The notes: generated by a model from the sequence alone, not told the origin. DNA of 64,000 bases from Octopus sinensis (GCF_006345805.1 NC_043006.1:51274001-51338000); one strand, 5' to 3'; positions 1 through 13,244 are shown, counted from the first letter of the stretch. Program-made: numbers and translations.

Positions 1-1025
1 GCTGGGAAGAGGTGAAAATCAGAGGGTGAAAGGTCAGGAGAGTGGGGAGGATGGGGGAGGAGTTCATAGCCGCACGCCTGTGCTTCTGATCTGATCTGGC
101 GTTGTCCTGCAGGAGGAGGATGCCTTTGTTGATCTTGCCCCGCCTCTTGATTTTGATAGCTTCTCTTAATTTCCTCAAAAGTTAAGCATAATAGGCTCCT
201 GTAATTGTGGTACCCTTTGCCAGGAAATCTGTCATCACTACTCCGTTCTGATCCCAGAAGACTGTGAGTATGACCTTGCCAGCGGAGAGCTGCACCCTTA
301 CCTTCTTTGGAGGAGGTGAGTCACGGTGCTTCCACTGCATTGACTGGGCTTTGGTCTCTGGGTCATAGTGATGGACCCAGGTTTCATCCTGTGTAATCAG
401 TCTTTTGAAAAATTTTGACTCATCTTCTTGGCACATCTCCAAATTCATCCTCCAGCACTCGACGCGTTCTTGCTTCTGGAAAGGTGTGAGCAACCTGGGA
501 ATCCATCTGGCAGACACCTTTTGCATATGCAAATGGTCATGAATGATAGTTTCCACAGACCCGATACTAATCTTGACCTCATGGGCTATTTGGCGAATAG
601 TTATGCGTCGATCTTCCAAAATGGCAGCCTCAACTTGACAAACAAATGCCTCATCAATGGCAGAAGGGGGCGACCAGATCTGGGAGCTGTTTCTACAGAG
701 TTCCGACCATGTTTGAATTCACGATGCCAGCGTTTTACAGGGTCATATGATGGGGCATCATCACCATAAGTTACTTTCATTTCATCAAAAGTCTCCCGTG
801 GTGTGTGTCCTTTCAAATACAAAAACCGGATCACTGTTCGACACTCAACAGGCTCCATTTCACACTTGACTCAGTTCAAACACCTATGAATCAGAAACCA
901 CAATTAGTTCAGAGCTGTAATTTTCCACCTAATCTATAGAGATATAAATAATTGCACATGCAATATTTCAGCTAGATCAAACAACTGCAAGTGGGTCAGA
1001 GGCATTACTTATTGAACGTCCCTCG
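1..1025 (-). mobile_element. Mariner (Tc1/mariner, DD34D-type) transposon with disrupted transposase; runs off the window start
   Basis: ORF 858-601 (HTH, WHREFKHG) and ORF 619-182 (WIPRLL, TQDETWVH) are joined by a frameshift near 665. After a TAA at ~182 the frame continues LLRKLREAIK...LLLQDNA, then HPPHSPDLSPSDFHLFP. A TIR-like end (CGAGGGACGTTCAATAAGTAAT on -) lies at ~1004-1025, followed by TA at 1026-1027. Confidence 0.9.
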
Positions 1026-1147
1026 TATATATATATATAGCATGTATAATGTGTGTATATATGTGTACATATATATGTATGTATATGCATATATGTAGAT
1101 GCATATATATAGATGTATATATATATAGATTTATATGCATATATATG

Positions 1148-1188
<41 letters not shown>

Positions 1189-1409
1189 GTATATACATAT
1201 ATATATAATATATGTATATAATGCATATATACATTATATATATATACATATATATGTGTGTATAGTGTATATATATATATATATGTATACACGTATATAT
1301 ATATGTATCTATACATATATATATATATATATATGTGCATATATGTAATATGTATATATGCATATGTATATATACATATATATGTGTGTATATAGTTATA
1401 TGCATATGT

Positions 1410-1465
<56 letters not shown>

Positions 1466-1783
1466 ATATATATATACATGTGTATTGATATTTGTATATG
1501 TATATATATATATGTATGTATAATTGTATGCATGTATGTTTATACATGTATATATATATATATATATATATGGAAAAAAAGTCAAGATAGAAAATGCTAA
1601 ACTAATTTATGAAAAACATTTCAGTACCGGTTCAGTCATTGAGACTTTTTCACCTGTAACAATTAGATAATTAAATTAGAAAAATTAAAAAAAAAGTTTT
1701 TTTAAAAGAATTTTGGATAGTGCTCAAATACAAGTGGCATTTTCCTTGTTTCTGCTGTCTCTGTCTCTCTTGTTTACTCTTGT

Positions 1784-1835
<52 letters not shown>

Positions 1836-2030
1836 CTATATATATATATATATATCTATTTATATATATACATATAGTATGTATTACATTTCCATGTAGT
1901 ATGTATGTATGTATGTATGTATGTATGTATGTATTGTATGTATGCATGCATGCATGTATGTATATATGAGTGTATGTACGTACCTATGTATATATATATG
2001 TATATATAATATATGTATTTATGTTTTTTT
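1026..2030. repeat. Compound (TA)n/(TATG)n/(CATA)n microsatellite tracts
   Basis: Directly visible; source of the YI/HT-rich ORFs. Confidence 0.95.
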
Positions 2031-2260
2031 TGGAATATACTTAAGCTTACTCCTTTTGTAGGATTTAAGCTTGTCACTAATAGAATGTTTAAGTTAGAAC
2101 AACCCTTAGGGTTTGTAGATACCTGAATTGGTTGATGTGTGTGCATGTGTGTGTATGCGTGTGTGTGTGTCTGTAAACTTGCACTCATGTAATGGATGCG
2201 CATGTCACTTTAGTGCATAAGTTGTGCTTATGTAGGTGTGTATACGTATTTCATATGTGA

Positions 2261-2299
<39 letters not shown>

Positions 2300-2344
2300 A
2301 GGTCAAGAAACCACAAGAATGTTTTACAAATTTATCGTTTGTTC

Positions 2345-2634
2345 TTTTTCGAGCTATGCCTGGCTCATAAGGGCCGATTTCCCCGTTTCTTTGGCGTATA
2401 GGTTCCCCACCTGGACGGGACGCCGGTCCATCGCAGGTGAGCTGCTAGATGCAGGAGGAAAGTGTAAGAGAAATTTGTGGCGAAAGAGTCAGCAGAAGTT
2501 CGCCATTACCTTCTGCCGGAGCCGCATTGAGGTTAGGTGTTTCGCTCATAAACACACACATCACCCGGTTTGAAATTCGAACCCGCGATCTCTCGACCGC
2601 GAGTCCGCTGCTCTAACCACTAGGCCATGTGCCT
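2345..2634 (-). mobile_element. tRNA-derived SINE (family C)
   Basis: Minus-strand head GGCACATGGCCTAGTGGTTAGAGCAGCGGACTCGCGG with B-box-like GGTTCGAATTTC; related copy at ~24290-24626. Confidence 0.75.
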
Positions 2635-2829
2635 AGTAGAGAGCTAGAAATCAATTGTATTTGAAGAATTATTAATCAGTTTGCTTTGTTCATTTTTGGA
2701 GAATCCTAGTTAGTTACTTTCGGCTTTTATGCAAATCTGTTGTTACGTAGCCTCAAGTACATATATTTTTCGTCAGTAGGTTTAGCTCATATACAAGCTT
2801 TCACACGCACACAGACACACACACAACGA

Positions 2830-2898
<69 letters not shown>

Positions 2899-2974
2899 CT
2901 CTATCCCCCCACTCTCCCTCCTCTCTCACACACCGTCCATCCGGATGCGCACGCACACAATAATGTTATCTAAT

Positions 2975-3710
2975 TTTGGGCCAAGGCCATCAATTTTGAG
3001 GAGGAAGTTGATTACATTGACCCCAGTGCTCAACTGGAACATATTTTAGCGAACCCCGGAAGGATGAAAGGCATAGTCGACCTATGTGGTATGTGAGTTC
3101 AGAACGCAAAGAACTGAAAGAAATGTTGCTATGCATTTTGTCCGGCAAAGTAACGATTCTGCTAGTCGCCGCCTTACCACATACGTACACACACACACGC
3201 GCGCACAAGACACACACACTAGCGCACAATACACACACACAAAAACATAAATATATGCGTATCAAAATGGTTTCAAATTTTGGCACAAGGCCTGCAGTTT
3301 CAGGGTAGGACGTAAGTCGATTACATCAACCTCAATGCTCAGGTGGTACTTATTTTATCGATGCTAGCAGATGCATATTCTACCCTAACTTTTAATATAT
3401 GTATTTTGCCATAAGGCGGCGAGCTGGAAGAAAAACGTTAGCACGCCGGGCGAAATGCTTAGCGGTATTTTCGTCTGCGTTACGTTGTGAGTTCAAATTC
3501 CGCCGAGATCGACTTTGCCTCTTCTTTATCCTTTTGGGTCGATAAATTAAGCACCAGTACGCACTGGGGTCGATGTAATCGACTAATAACCTATGTCTGT
3601 CCTTGTTTGTCTCCTCTGTGTTTAGCCCCTTGTGGGTAATAAAGAAATAGGTACTTATTTTATCGAACCTGAAAGTATGAAATTTGAACTCAGAACTTGA
3701 AAACGGACGA
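2975..3710. mobile_element. Cluster of family A tRNA-derived SINEs, including a + copy (3362-3649) nested in a - copy
   Basis: Family A has head AAGGCGGCGAGCTGG, B box GAGTTCAAATTCC and core GACTTTGCC-TTCATCCTTTCGGGGTCGATAAA. The 17-bp direct repeat GGTACTTATTTTATCGA occurs at 3345-3361 and 3650-3666. Confidence 0.85.
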
Positions 3711-4279
3711 GATGCGGAAAGACTCCCCCAACCCATCTCCGAATATTTTTTTTTTTTGCCAGAAACCCACGTTTTCGGCCAAAGATGCGGACGGTTCGAT
3801 TCTGTGGTTTTTTTTGTTTTTTTTTACAGAAACCACCGGGGGGAGGGGGCGGGCGGAAGTCTTTCCGGAGATGCTGCTAAGCAAGTTGTCCGGCGTGCTT
3901 ACGATTCTAACTTCACATAGACATTAATAATGATGAAGAAATAAGCCAGAAGACGGAGGTGATTTTTCCTTCTTTCTTTCTGTCTTTATTTATATACAAT
4001 CATAGAGTCTGTATTTTCCAACAACGATTGATAGAACATTTAAAAAAACAAGATAAGCACAGTAGCATAGTTAGGGGCTGTGGGTGGGTGAGAGGGAAGA
4101 TACTCCGCCCCGGGCGGCAAACACTGTAGCTATACAAATTGATAAGCAGTGTTTGAGTGTTTCCTTGGGAAAATCCAGACATTTTACGTTTGTGTATATA
4201 AAGTAAAGATACTTCCATCTTAGTTCTCCATCGTTATTAATATATTTCTTTAAGCGCTTCCAAAAGCTCACTACTGCCC

Positions 4280-4284
4280 CATTT

Positions 4285-4352
<68 letters not shown>

Positions 4353-4390
4353 TTATGTTATGTATGTATTATGTATGTTGTTATATTATG

Positions 4391-4433
<43 letters not shown>

Positions 4434-4793
4434 ATATGCATAGAGTGAGAGGGAGAGATAGAAATGCATATGTATACATGTACGTGATGTATGTGTAACA
4501 CACACACGCACGCAGACACACATATGTATGTATGTATTATGTGTGTATATATATATATGTATATGTGTGTGTGTTGTGTGTGTACAAACCGCCGGGCGAA
4601 ATGCTTAGCGCTATTTCGTCTGCCGCTACGTTCTGAGTTCAAATTCCGCCGAGATCGACTTCATTCTTTCGGGATCGATTAAATAAGTACCAGTTACGTA
4701 CTGGGGTCGATAAAATCGACTTCAAACCCTTTGTACTTGTTTGTCCCCTCTACTCTTAGCCCGCTGTGGGCAATAAATGAATATAATATCTAA

Positions 4794-4885
<92 letters not shown>

Positions 4886-5529
4886 TAGCCGGACAAGCTG
4901 TCCACAAGGCTGTGGCTTTAGCGGATACGGAACCTTTTGTAATTCTATGACTAGAATTTAACCTTTTCTTTTTATAATTACTGTTCTATTCTTTAGAGTG
5001 TTCTTTTCTGATATATTTTTCATTGGCCATATATATATACTTTTTGTTTCTACTCTAGGCGCAAGGCCTGAAATTTTGGGGGAGAGGGCCAGTCGATTAC
5101 ATCGAACCCAGGTACGAAACTGGTACTTAATCTATCGACCCCGAAAGGATGAAAGGTAAAGTCGACCTCGGCGGAATTTGAACTCAGAACATAAAGACAG
5201 ACAAAATACCGCTCAGCATTTCACCCGGCGTGCTTGAAGAGCTCCGCTCGAAACGTTAAATCCTCCATCTTTCTTTCCTTTCCTGAGCGTCCTATAACAC
5301 TATACTTGTTCCACGTCCTCGCGTTGTCGTGTTTTCTCTTTGTTTTTCACGTTTGGATTAACTCTATTATATATATATATATAATATATTATATTAAGAT
5401 ATATATATATTATATATATATGTATATATGTATATATATATATATATTATATATATATAATATATACATATATATAGTATATACATATATATATATATGT
5501 GTGTAATATAATTATATCTAATATAATAT

Positions 5530-5580
<51 letters not shown>

Positions 5581-5585
5581 TATAC
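4280..5585. repeat. (TA)n tracts interspersed with two family A SINEs (4586-4780 +, 5048-5233 -)
   Basis: Visible microsatellites; SINE B box and core motifs. Confidence 0.85.
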
Positions 5586-5797
5586 TATATTCCTGTATGT
5601 TATATTTTAATAATTACTGGTATTTTTTATATTATTTATATGTAAAGCATAATATGTTATACATGTATGTATATTCTTGTAATTGTCATTTTAGTTAATA
5701 AATGAATAAATTGACATAATATAATGTCTAAAAGTTGATGAATCACCTCTTGATCCCCTCCATTTTCCTACTGCTCTCTCTCTCCTCTCTCTATCTC

Positions 5798-5831
<34 letters not shown>

Positions 5832-6014
5832 CTCTGGACAATACACGCAAATACGCGCACGCGCGCGTGTGTATTATCCAAAGTTCAACATTCCAACACG
5901 CTCATTTTTCTTTTTAAGAAAAAAAATTAACATGCTGGATTTTTTAAGATAGAAGGGTGGGATTTGAAATCGATTCGACCTTTCTACCACGTCGTACGAC
6001 CGTCTACTAGCATT

Positions 6015-6092
6015 CTCATTGGTTCGTTTGCGGTTTCTAGTTCTCTGGTTGAGGAAGAGAGTGCGAGTGGGAGGCGTTCAATGGCCAATCAG
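6015..6092. promoter_or_regulatory. Two NF-Y-type CCAAT boxes in opposite orientation in a CpG-containing unique stretch
   Basis: CTCATTGGTT at 6015-6024 (AACCAATGAG on -) and GGCCAATCAG at 6083-6092. Motif match only. Confidence 0.4.
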
Positions 6093-6122
6093 AAAAATAC
6101 AGGCATTTGAGAGTTGACGCTA

Positions 6123-6124
<2 letters not shown>

Positions 6125-6199
<75 letters not shown>

Positions 6200-6440
6200 G
6201 TGCGTGCGTGCCTGCCTGTATGTCAGTGAGAGTACACACGCGAATGTATAAATAATCAGCTTATGTGTGGACGTATGTATGTATGTATGTATGTATGTAT
6301 GTATGTATGTATGTATGTGTATGTGTGTGTGTATGTGTGAGCGTATTGTGCGTGTGCATATACACATACACACACACATACATACATACATACATACATA
6401 CATACATACATACATACATACATACATACATACATACACT
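6125..6440. repeat. (GT)n, (TATG)n and (CATA)n microsatellites
   Basis: Directly visible. Confidence 0.95.
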
Positions 6441-6475
6441 ACAAGATTAACTGAATCGGATTAGTAGGGAAACAA

Positions 6476-6505
6476 TGACGAAAGCAACAACAATGATGAT
6501 GATGA

Positions 6506-6550
<45 letters not shown>

Positions 6551-6670
6551 CGATGATGACACCGTCGATGACGACCACCACCACGGCGACTACGACACTG
6601 ATGGTTATGATAATGACAATGATAATGGTTAGTGGTGACGATGGCAACGAAGATACCGATGACGTCAAAG
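6476..6670. repeat. Degenerate (GAT/GAC)n trinucleotide repeat
   Basis: Directly visible; explains the poly-T/M/V ORFs. Confidence 0.9.
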
Positions 6671-6730
6671 ACGGCAAATGAAAGTATAAATTAATCTGCG
6701 TATTCCGAAAGCAGTTATTTTTCCAATATT

Positions 6731-6744
6731 GTTTCCATGGTAAC
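6731..6744. promoter_or_regulatory. RFX X-box motif
   Basis: GTTTCCATGGTAAC matches the palindromic RFX consensus GTTNCCATGGNAAC. Confidence 0.5.
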
Positions 6745-7093
6745 CATAACTTTTCCGTTTTTGCCTGCTCTAATTATGCATTGTCTTGTTGCTATTGTTT
6801 ACTGGTTGTATAACTGCACCGTAGAGTCATCACTGGAGACATCGTTTCTCTTTAAGGTCAATGAGACAAGACAAATGCAAATAGTCTGGCCAATTACTCA
6901 GTGTTGTCTCTGCTGCTTACTCTCATGGTATTTATTCACGGCTATATATAGGTGGACAGTGAATGTCAAAGTGTTTAGGTACATTGCGGATGTTCTGACG
7001 GCAATATTAAGTATCGATGCGAATAAAGTTATCTATGATAGCACAAAACGGCAGACGCTCACTGACTTGCAATACTGTAATCTCCAGAGACTC

Positions 7094-7183
<90 letters not shown>

Positions 7184-7529
7184 CGTGTGTGTGTGCGTTT
7201 GTAGCACTGTGTAGTATTTTGATGTGTAGTGAGTAGTTGTGATGCGGCGGAGGTCGGATGATCTGTTTGTTGCAGAAAGACTTATGGCCAGGCAGATGTT
7301 CGATTTGGATGTGAAGACGAGATTATAGATGTTTGGAGTGTCCGTGTGTCGCTGAGAGATACATGTAGGGGATGAAATTAAGTGTGGAACGTGAGGATTA
7401 CAAAAGGTCCAGTTTGTGCATCGTCGGCATCAGTATTGCACCACTTACAACACAGTAAATAAATAAATAAATAAGCTGTGGTGCACTCTTTTCTAGATGC
7501 ATATACTTATTTTACTAAGTTGTTTGGGA

Positions 7530-9060
7530 AGAATGGTCTTTGTGCTGAGGCTTTGAGATATGGAAATCAAATCCTACTTCAATGTCTAACTTAATACAAA
7601 AGGTTTGGATTCAAGACAGTGTCGCAAATGATTAGAAAGATGCGCTAACGGTGGTTCTCTGTACAAGGAAGGACGATTGTGGAAATTACCGTGGAATATC
7701 TCCTCTCTGTTCTAGATAAAGTGTCGTGTAGGATCATGTTGGACAGACGTCTCAACAATATTGCTGATGAAATGCTCCCTGAGTTTCAGTGTAGTCTCAG
7801 TAATGGCAAGGGAACAACGAATGTGAACTTTTCTGTTATGCAATTTCAAGAAAAATGTATTGAGCAGAAGATGGACCTGTACTAAGTCTTTGTTGAGCTG
7901 ACTAAGATTTTTGATATTGTGGGTAGAAATGCCTTATGGAACAATCTGAAGAAGCTTGGGTGTCCTGAGAAGTTTGTCTGTGTATTTAGACATCTCTGTA
8001 ATGAAATGAAACTGTTTTACTGTGGATAGCAAATTCTCTGACCCAATTTTAGCAAAAATGATGTTAAGCAAAGGGATATATCAGAAATAAATCTGTTCGT
8101 ATGGTACTTTGCTATGGCTTTTCTTTGACGGCTTTTGAAGGTTGCTTACATGGGGTCTACGTCAGATACCGAACGACGTGTAGGATGTTGAATATAAGAC
8201 GGCCTGCTGCCAAAACAAAGCTTTTCTCATCGCATTCATGTATGCTGACGATTTCTTGCTCACTCCCAGAATTACATGGAGCATCTTATAGACTCATTCT
8301 TGACAGGATACAATGTATTGGGATCTATGAATCAGCCTAAAAATGACAGTCGCGATGTACCCATATGCACTACTAGATAAAGCCTACTCTGAGCCAAATA
8401 TTTGTGTACATGGACAGAAATTGCAGATGGTGAATAAATTCATGTACTTAAGCAATACTATGAACATGATAAATACTCTTTATGATGAAGTGTTTCTCTG
8501 AATTAAAAAGCTTGTAATGCATTCGGAAAACTGGGCAGACGTTTATGATCTAGGCACGGAATTTCAGTTGAGGCAAAAGTGAAAGTCTACAATATTTGTT
8601 TTGTCTTCATTGCTATAGTCATGTAAGACCTGAGTTACTTACCGGAAATATATGAAAATATATAGATTCCCCGCCATATACTGGGTATCTGATAGCAAAT
8701 GCATTCATATGACGTTAACTTCTAGTATAGAGTGGTTACGACTTCAGGATTTAGGACGATCGGATCCCTAAGCAATTTCTGTACAGTAAGTTAGTATATA
8801 CATAAAAAGAAAACCGGCGCATAAATCAAAATTAAAGTATAAGGACTGCATCAAGAATACGCTGAAGGGCAAAATCTTGGAAAATGGACGGATAAACCTT
8901 GCTCTAGATTGTTCATCGTGGAGGAAAATAGTGCATGCTGGGAGGAAGGAATTTAAACAAAATCGTATCGTTTATAAAAAGCTCCGGAGTGATATTTTTA
9001 TGGGTAACGATGTTAATTTGCACGACTATCTTGCATACAGCTCGATTTAACTTGTAAAAG
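7530..9060 (+). mobile_element. Decayed RTE-clade (BovB-like) LINE, reverse transcriptase region
   Basis: LLSVLDKVSCRIMLDRRLNNIADEMLPEFQC...QFQEKCIEQKMDLY resembles RTE RT motifs (LLSIAGKILARILLNRL...LPESQCGFR...QLQEKC). Later RIPKQFLYSKL and KYKDCIKNTLK. Many stops and frameshifts. Confidence 0.85.
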
Positions 9061-9086
9061 TTTGTGTCAAAGGCAGGCCCTACAAG

Positions 9087-9622
9087 CAGTGGCGTAACTA
9101 ATAGAGGAGCAAGGAGTGCGACTGCTCTCCTGCCCCCATCACATTTTTTCATAATTGGTGCCTTTCAAGCAATATTTTTAACTATTTAGTTCACTTGTGC
9201 GATAAAAGTTGAATCTCCACCCCGCTCTCTCTCTCTCTTTGTTAATCGCGTGACCTTAGAAGAACTTTCTGGAGTCATTACTTTATTTGAACAACCTCCC
9301 GTGTTTTTGTCTGCTCAATCTTGTTTGATGTGTTGATAATCGCTGACATATGAAGAGCCAAAAGCCTGACGTCATAGCCTTTCGATACTGGACAATCCTG
9401 TGGAGTTTCATCCTTTTCACGTCACACCTATATCAGTAGTTGTAAGTTTCATACATAATGACATTGTTACTGAAACATGAAATTCATGACTGTAGAATGC
9501 AATTAAGTATAGTATAACTAATGAAATATTTCACGTAATTAAAAGAAGCGAGTTAAAAATTGTTTGGCGCGGTTTTTTTATGTGCTGGCTCCCTCTTACT
9601 TTAGAATCTGGCTGCACCTCTG
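9087..9622. mobile_element. hAT-like non-autonomous element (MITE)
   Basis: Imperfect TIRs CAGTGGCGTAAC and CAGAGGTGCAGC (rc); 8-bp flanks CCTACAAG (9079-9086) and CCTAGAAG (9623-9630) match at 7/8. Confidence 0.65.
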
Positions 9623-9809
9623 CCTAGAAGTCATCAGAGAAGCCAGGCACAAGAGAAATTCTTAGCGCTGTATTATAGGCATTTATCTTGCGGGGAATGT
9701 GGAAAAGAATGTCCGTCAGGAATGAAACATCATTTGAAGGTTCACTAAAAAATACTGTAACACCTACAATAAAAGGCGCCAACTATAACATTCTGCGCAG
9801 CCAGCCAGC

Positions 9810-9862
9810 CAACCAACCAGCCAACCAGCCAGCCAGCCAGCCATCGATCCACCCGCCTATAA

Positions 9863-9929
<67 letters not shown>

Positions 9930-9932
9930 CAT

Positions 9933-9985
<53 letters not shown>

Positions 9986-10014
9986 TATAAGTGTGTGTAC
10001 ACATTTATATACAA

Positions 10015-10054
<40 letters not shown>

Positions 10055-10402
10055 ATTATTCAAAGAAATTCCAACTCTGTTTTTATGTTTTATTTATATC
10101 CTTTATAATATTAATGTAGAATATAGAATATATTGTATAAATAGTATATATAGTAAAATGAAATGAAGTAAGCGTACGCGTGTCTTGCAAGTTAATTTCA
10201 CGAGCAAGCTGTTCCGTTGATCGTATAAGCTGGGACCCTCATCATCGTAACAGATAAAATGCTCCTCTAATATATATACATTTGTGTGTATGTATGTATG
10301 TATGTATGTATGTATGTATGTATGTATGTATGTATGTATGCACGCATATATGTATGTATGTATGTATGTATGTATTATGTATGTATGTATATATGTATAT
10401 AT

Positions 10403-10460
<58 letters not shown>
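9810..10460. repeat. (AGCC)n, (ATCT)n, (TA)n, (GT)n and (TATG)n microsatellites
   Basis: Directly visible. Confidence 0.95.
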
Positions 10461-10463
<3 letters not shown>

Positions 10464-10619
10464 AAAGTTAAAAAAATACACAAACTGGGACAAGACGTGA
10501 AACATTTAGAAGAAGACAAAAAAACACAGACGGGACTTTCGAAGCTCTCAGTCATCAGTCAAGAACCAGATCATCTTCGCAATTTCGGCTGATTAATATA
10601 TATATATATATACACACAA

Positions 10620-10659
<40 letters not shown>

Positions 10660-10879
10660 TGTGCGCTTTATACAGCATTAAAAGTTTTTAACTGTTATTT
10701 CTTACAATGTAGCAATGTAGGTGCTTCGGCATCCTCAGTCTCAATTAGTGATGATTAAAGTTTTCCTTTTTAGTTTTATATTGCGTCCAGTTGTTTATAT
10801 TAATTTTATGTGTGTATTATGGTAGTTTTTACTTTTAGAGTTCCTTGAGGCGTGAGGCATTTATGTATAGTAATGCACT

Positions 10880-10928
<49 letters not shown>

Positions 10929-11010
10929 ATGGATCAGACTGTTGTTTTGATCCATTTATTGTAACTCCCAATAAATATGCTGAATGCCCTTCTTTCGTTT
11001 GTCTGCTCAG

Positions 11011-11076
<66 letters not shown>

Positions 11077-11671
11077 CAAAGAAAGAAGCGCCCATCTTGT
11101 TGCTCACGCGATTGTTTAATGATGCAGTAAAAAATGTCAATAAGAATGTTTTGCTAGTTGTTAAAATCAGGGGAGCATGAAATATAAATTAGTTGTTTGA
11201 TCACTTTATAAGTGGAAGAAAGTAAAGAAAAAAAATATATAGAATGCTATTCCCAGCCGATACTACTTCCGTCGTTAATAATGAATTTTTACCCAGCACG
11301 CCAGTTATTTGCGACACCAGTAATTTCTTAATCACCGTTTTTCTATGTATTAGTAGAGATTAAATTTGTCTAGGCATGCGACTGTGATTAGATACTTGTT
11401 ACTGATGACATGCAAAGACACAAAAATCCGGATTTAGTTAATTAACTCCGCAACCGCTGTTGGACACTTTTCGTCTGCTATATATACGCTTCAGTGCACT
11501 TCAGTACTATACGTCTATACGAGAAGCTTTCACACAGTTTTGTGGTTTTCTTTATTATATCCACGTCTAGTAAAGTATAGAGAATGCTATTTATTTATAT
11601 TTTTGTTTATTGATTTTCCGTTTTGAATGTCGGAGATTCCGATGGTGCAAAAAGTTGTTTTTTTTAAAAAG

Positions 11672-12084
11672 GGTGCTATTTTGGCGTGTGATCTACAACT
11701 TAAAGGGCGATTACTTTAGGTTACTTTTTTAGTTCACTTCTCAATTTCTAAAAACACTTAAATACGTTGGCTACAGATTTTTAACAATAAATTATTTTGT
11801 ACATACTGAACATTGTAAATGTATTTTTTTCAAAATTCTCACTATTTTAATAATAAAACCATGTCTAATTTATTGAGTTGCAGTCATCCATCCATCCATC
11901 CATCCATCCATCCATCCAGCTTTAGTAAATAATAATAAGAAACATAGAATAAACAATATAATAATTAGAATAAGCGCGTAGATCGCTCAAGTTTGGCAGC
12001 CCCAAGTTTTGCAACGCAAGGAAACAAAAAAGTTATCTAAAGTGATCGCCCTTGAGGTTGTAGACTACACGCCAAAATAGCACC
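11672..12084. mobile_element. Unclassified inverted-repeat element (MITE-like)
   Basis: Imperfect inverted arms of ~59 bp at 11672-11730 and 12025-12084 (GGTGCTATTTTGGCGTGT...); AAAAAG flanks both sides. Confidence 0.55.
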
Positions 12085-12228
12085 AAAAAGAAAAAAAAAA
12101 GAAAAGAAAATGAAAAATCAAACGTACAATCGTGTTCTCCGCTATTCTAAGCATAGGAACCCAAAATCTGTTTTAAAAACATCAAAAATAGGGATGGGGT
12201 GCACGATTTACTTATTTTGAAGCATTTA

Positions 12229-12930
12229 CCGTAAATCCTCGAGTATGATCTGCATTTTTCCCCAAAATTTAAGGGTCAAAATCCCTAGTGCGTACTATAT
12301 AAAAATAAATGGACGAGACGCCAGTCCAGCGTTACTCATTTTTGCCAGCTGAGTGGACTGGAGCAACGTCAAATGAAGTGCTTTGCTCAAGAACACAACG
12401 CGTCGCCCGGTCCAGGAATCGAAACCACAATCTTACGATCATGATGCTGACACCCTAACCACTAAGCCATGCGCCTCACGAGGTTAAAAATGAAAAAAAT
12501 ATTTTCTAAGCAACGTCCTAGTCTCTATTTGCTGTCCGGCAATGTTTATTCAGGTGCATTTGGGGATGTCGGGCGCGAAAATACCTTAAGCTAAGCCTGA
12601 AAGCAATGAAGTCATAAAAGAATCATCCATAACTTGCAGTAAGCAACATTTATTAAAATAAAAGTATTCAGAACACAGAATAACATGTAACAAAAACAAT
12701 TTGCAAACATATTTACATTCCCATATAACAGTTAAGAACACCACCATTATCGTATTACGCATGCGCGGAAGTATTTGTTCGACTAGGTGCTGCTGGTTTA
12801 ATTACGCACGACTCAAGTTATAGAAGGGGTGCGTATCATACACAAGGTTTAGGTTTTTCAGAGGTACACCCCCCACTAAAAATCCCCTGCATAATATACT
12901 CAAGGGCGGACTATACTCGAAGATATACGG
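12229..12930. mobile_element. Tc1/mariner-superfamily (Tc2/pogo-like) MITE with a nested SINE at ~12330-12478
   Basis: TIRs CCGTAAATCCTCGAGTAT and CCGTATATCTTCGAGTAT (rc), with TA on both flanks (12227-8, 12931-2). The internal minus-strand tRNA SINE carries GTGTTCTTGAGCAA. Confidence 0.75.
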
Positions 12931-13244
12931 TACTTATTCGTTTTGATAATTAAAAGAAGCCAATGTAGATTTTTTACGTTCCCCATTTAGCACTAATCTG
13001 AATTATGTCGCTCTCACTCTCCTCTAACGTCAATTGTTTTCAATAATTTTCTGTGATTGTATTTTAACTTATAAAAGTTTTACTATTTTGATGAATAAAA
13101 ATTATGGAAACTGAATTTACTTTATATATATTACTTATATCTTCATGTCTTGTCGGGTAATGAAATTATCGAGAGCACCAGTGTTGAGCATTGCTTAGGG
13201 CATTAGTTAGCCTTAGTCTGGACCTTGTCTGTATATAGGAGTAT

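Noticed and set aside
10525-10595. Minus-strand GAAA and CTGATGA motifs suggesting a permuted hammerhead ribozyme
   Set aside because: Stems I and III do not form convincingly, the G10.1-C11.1 pair is absent and there is no valid NUH cleavage triplet.
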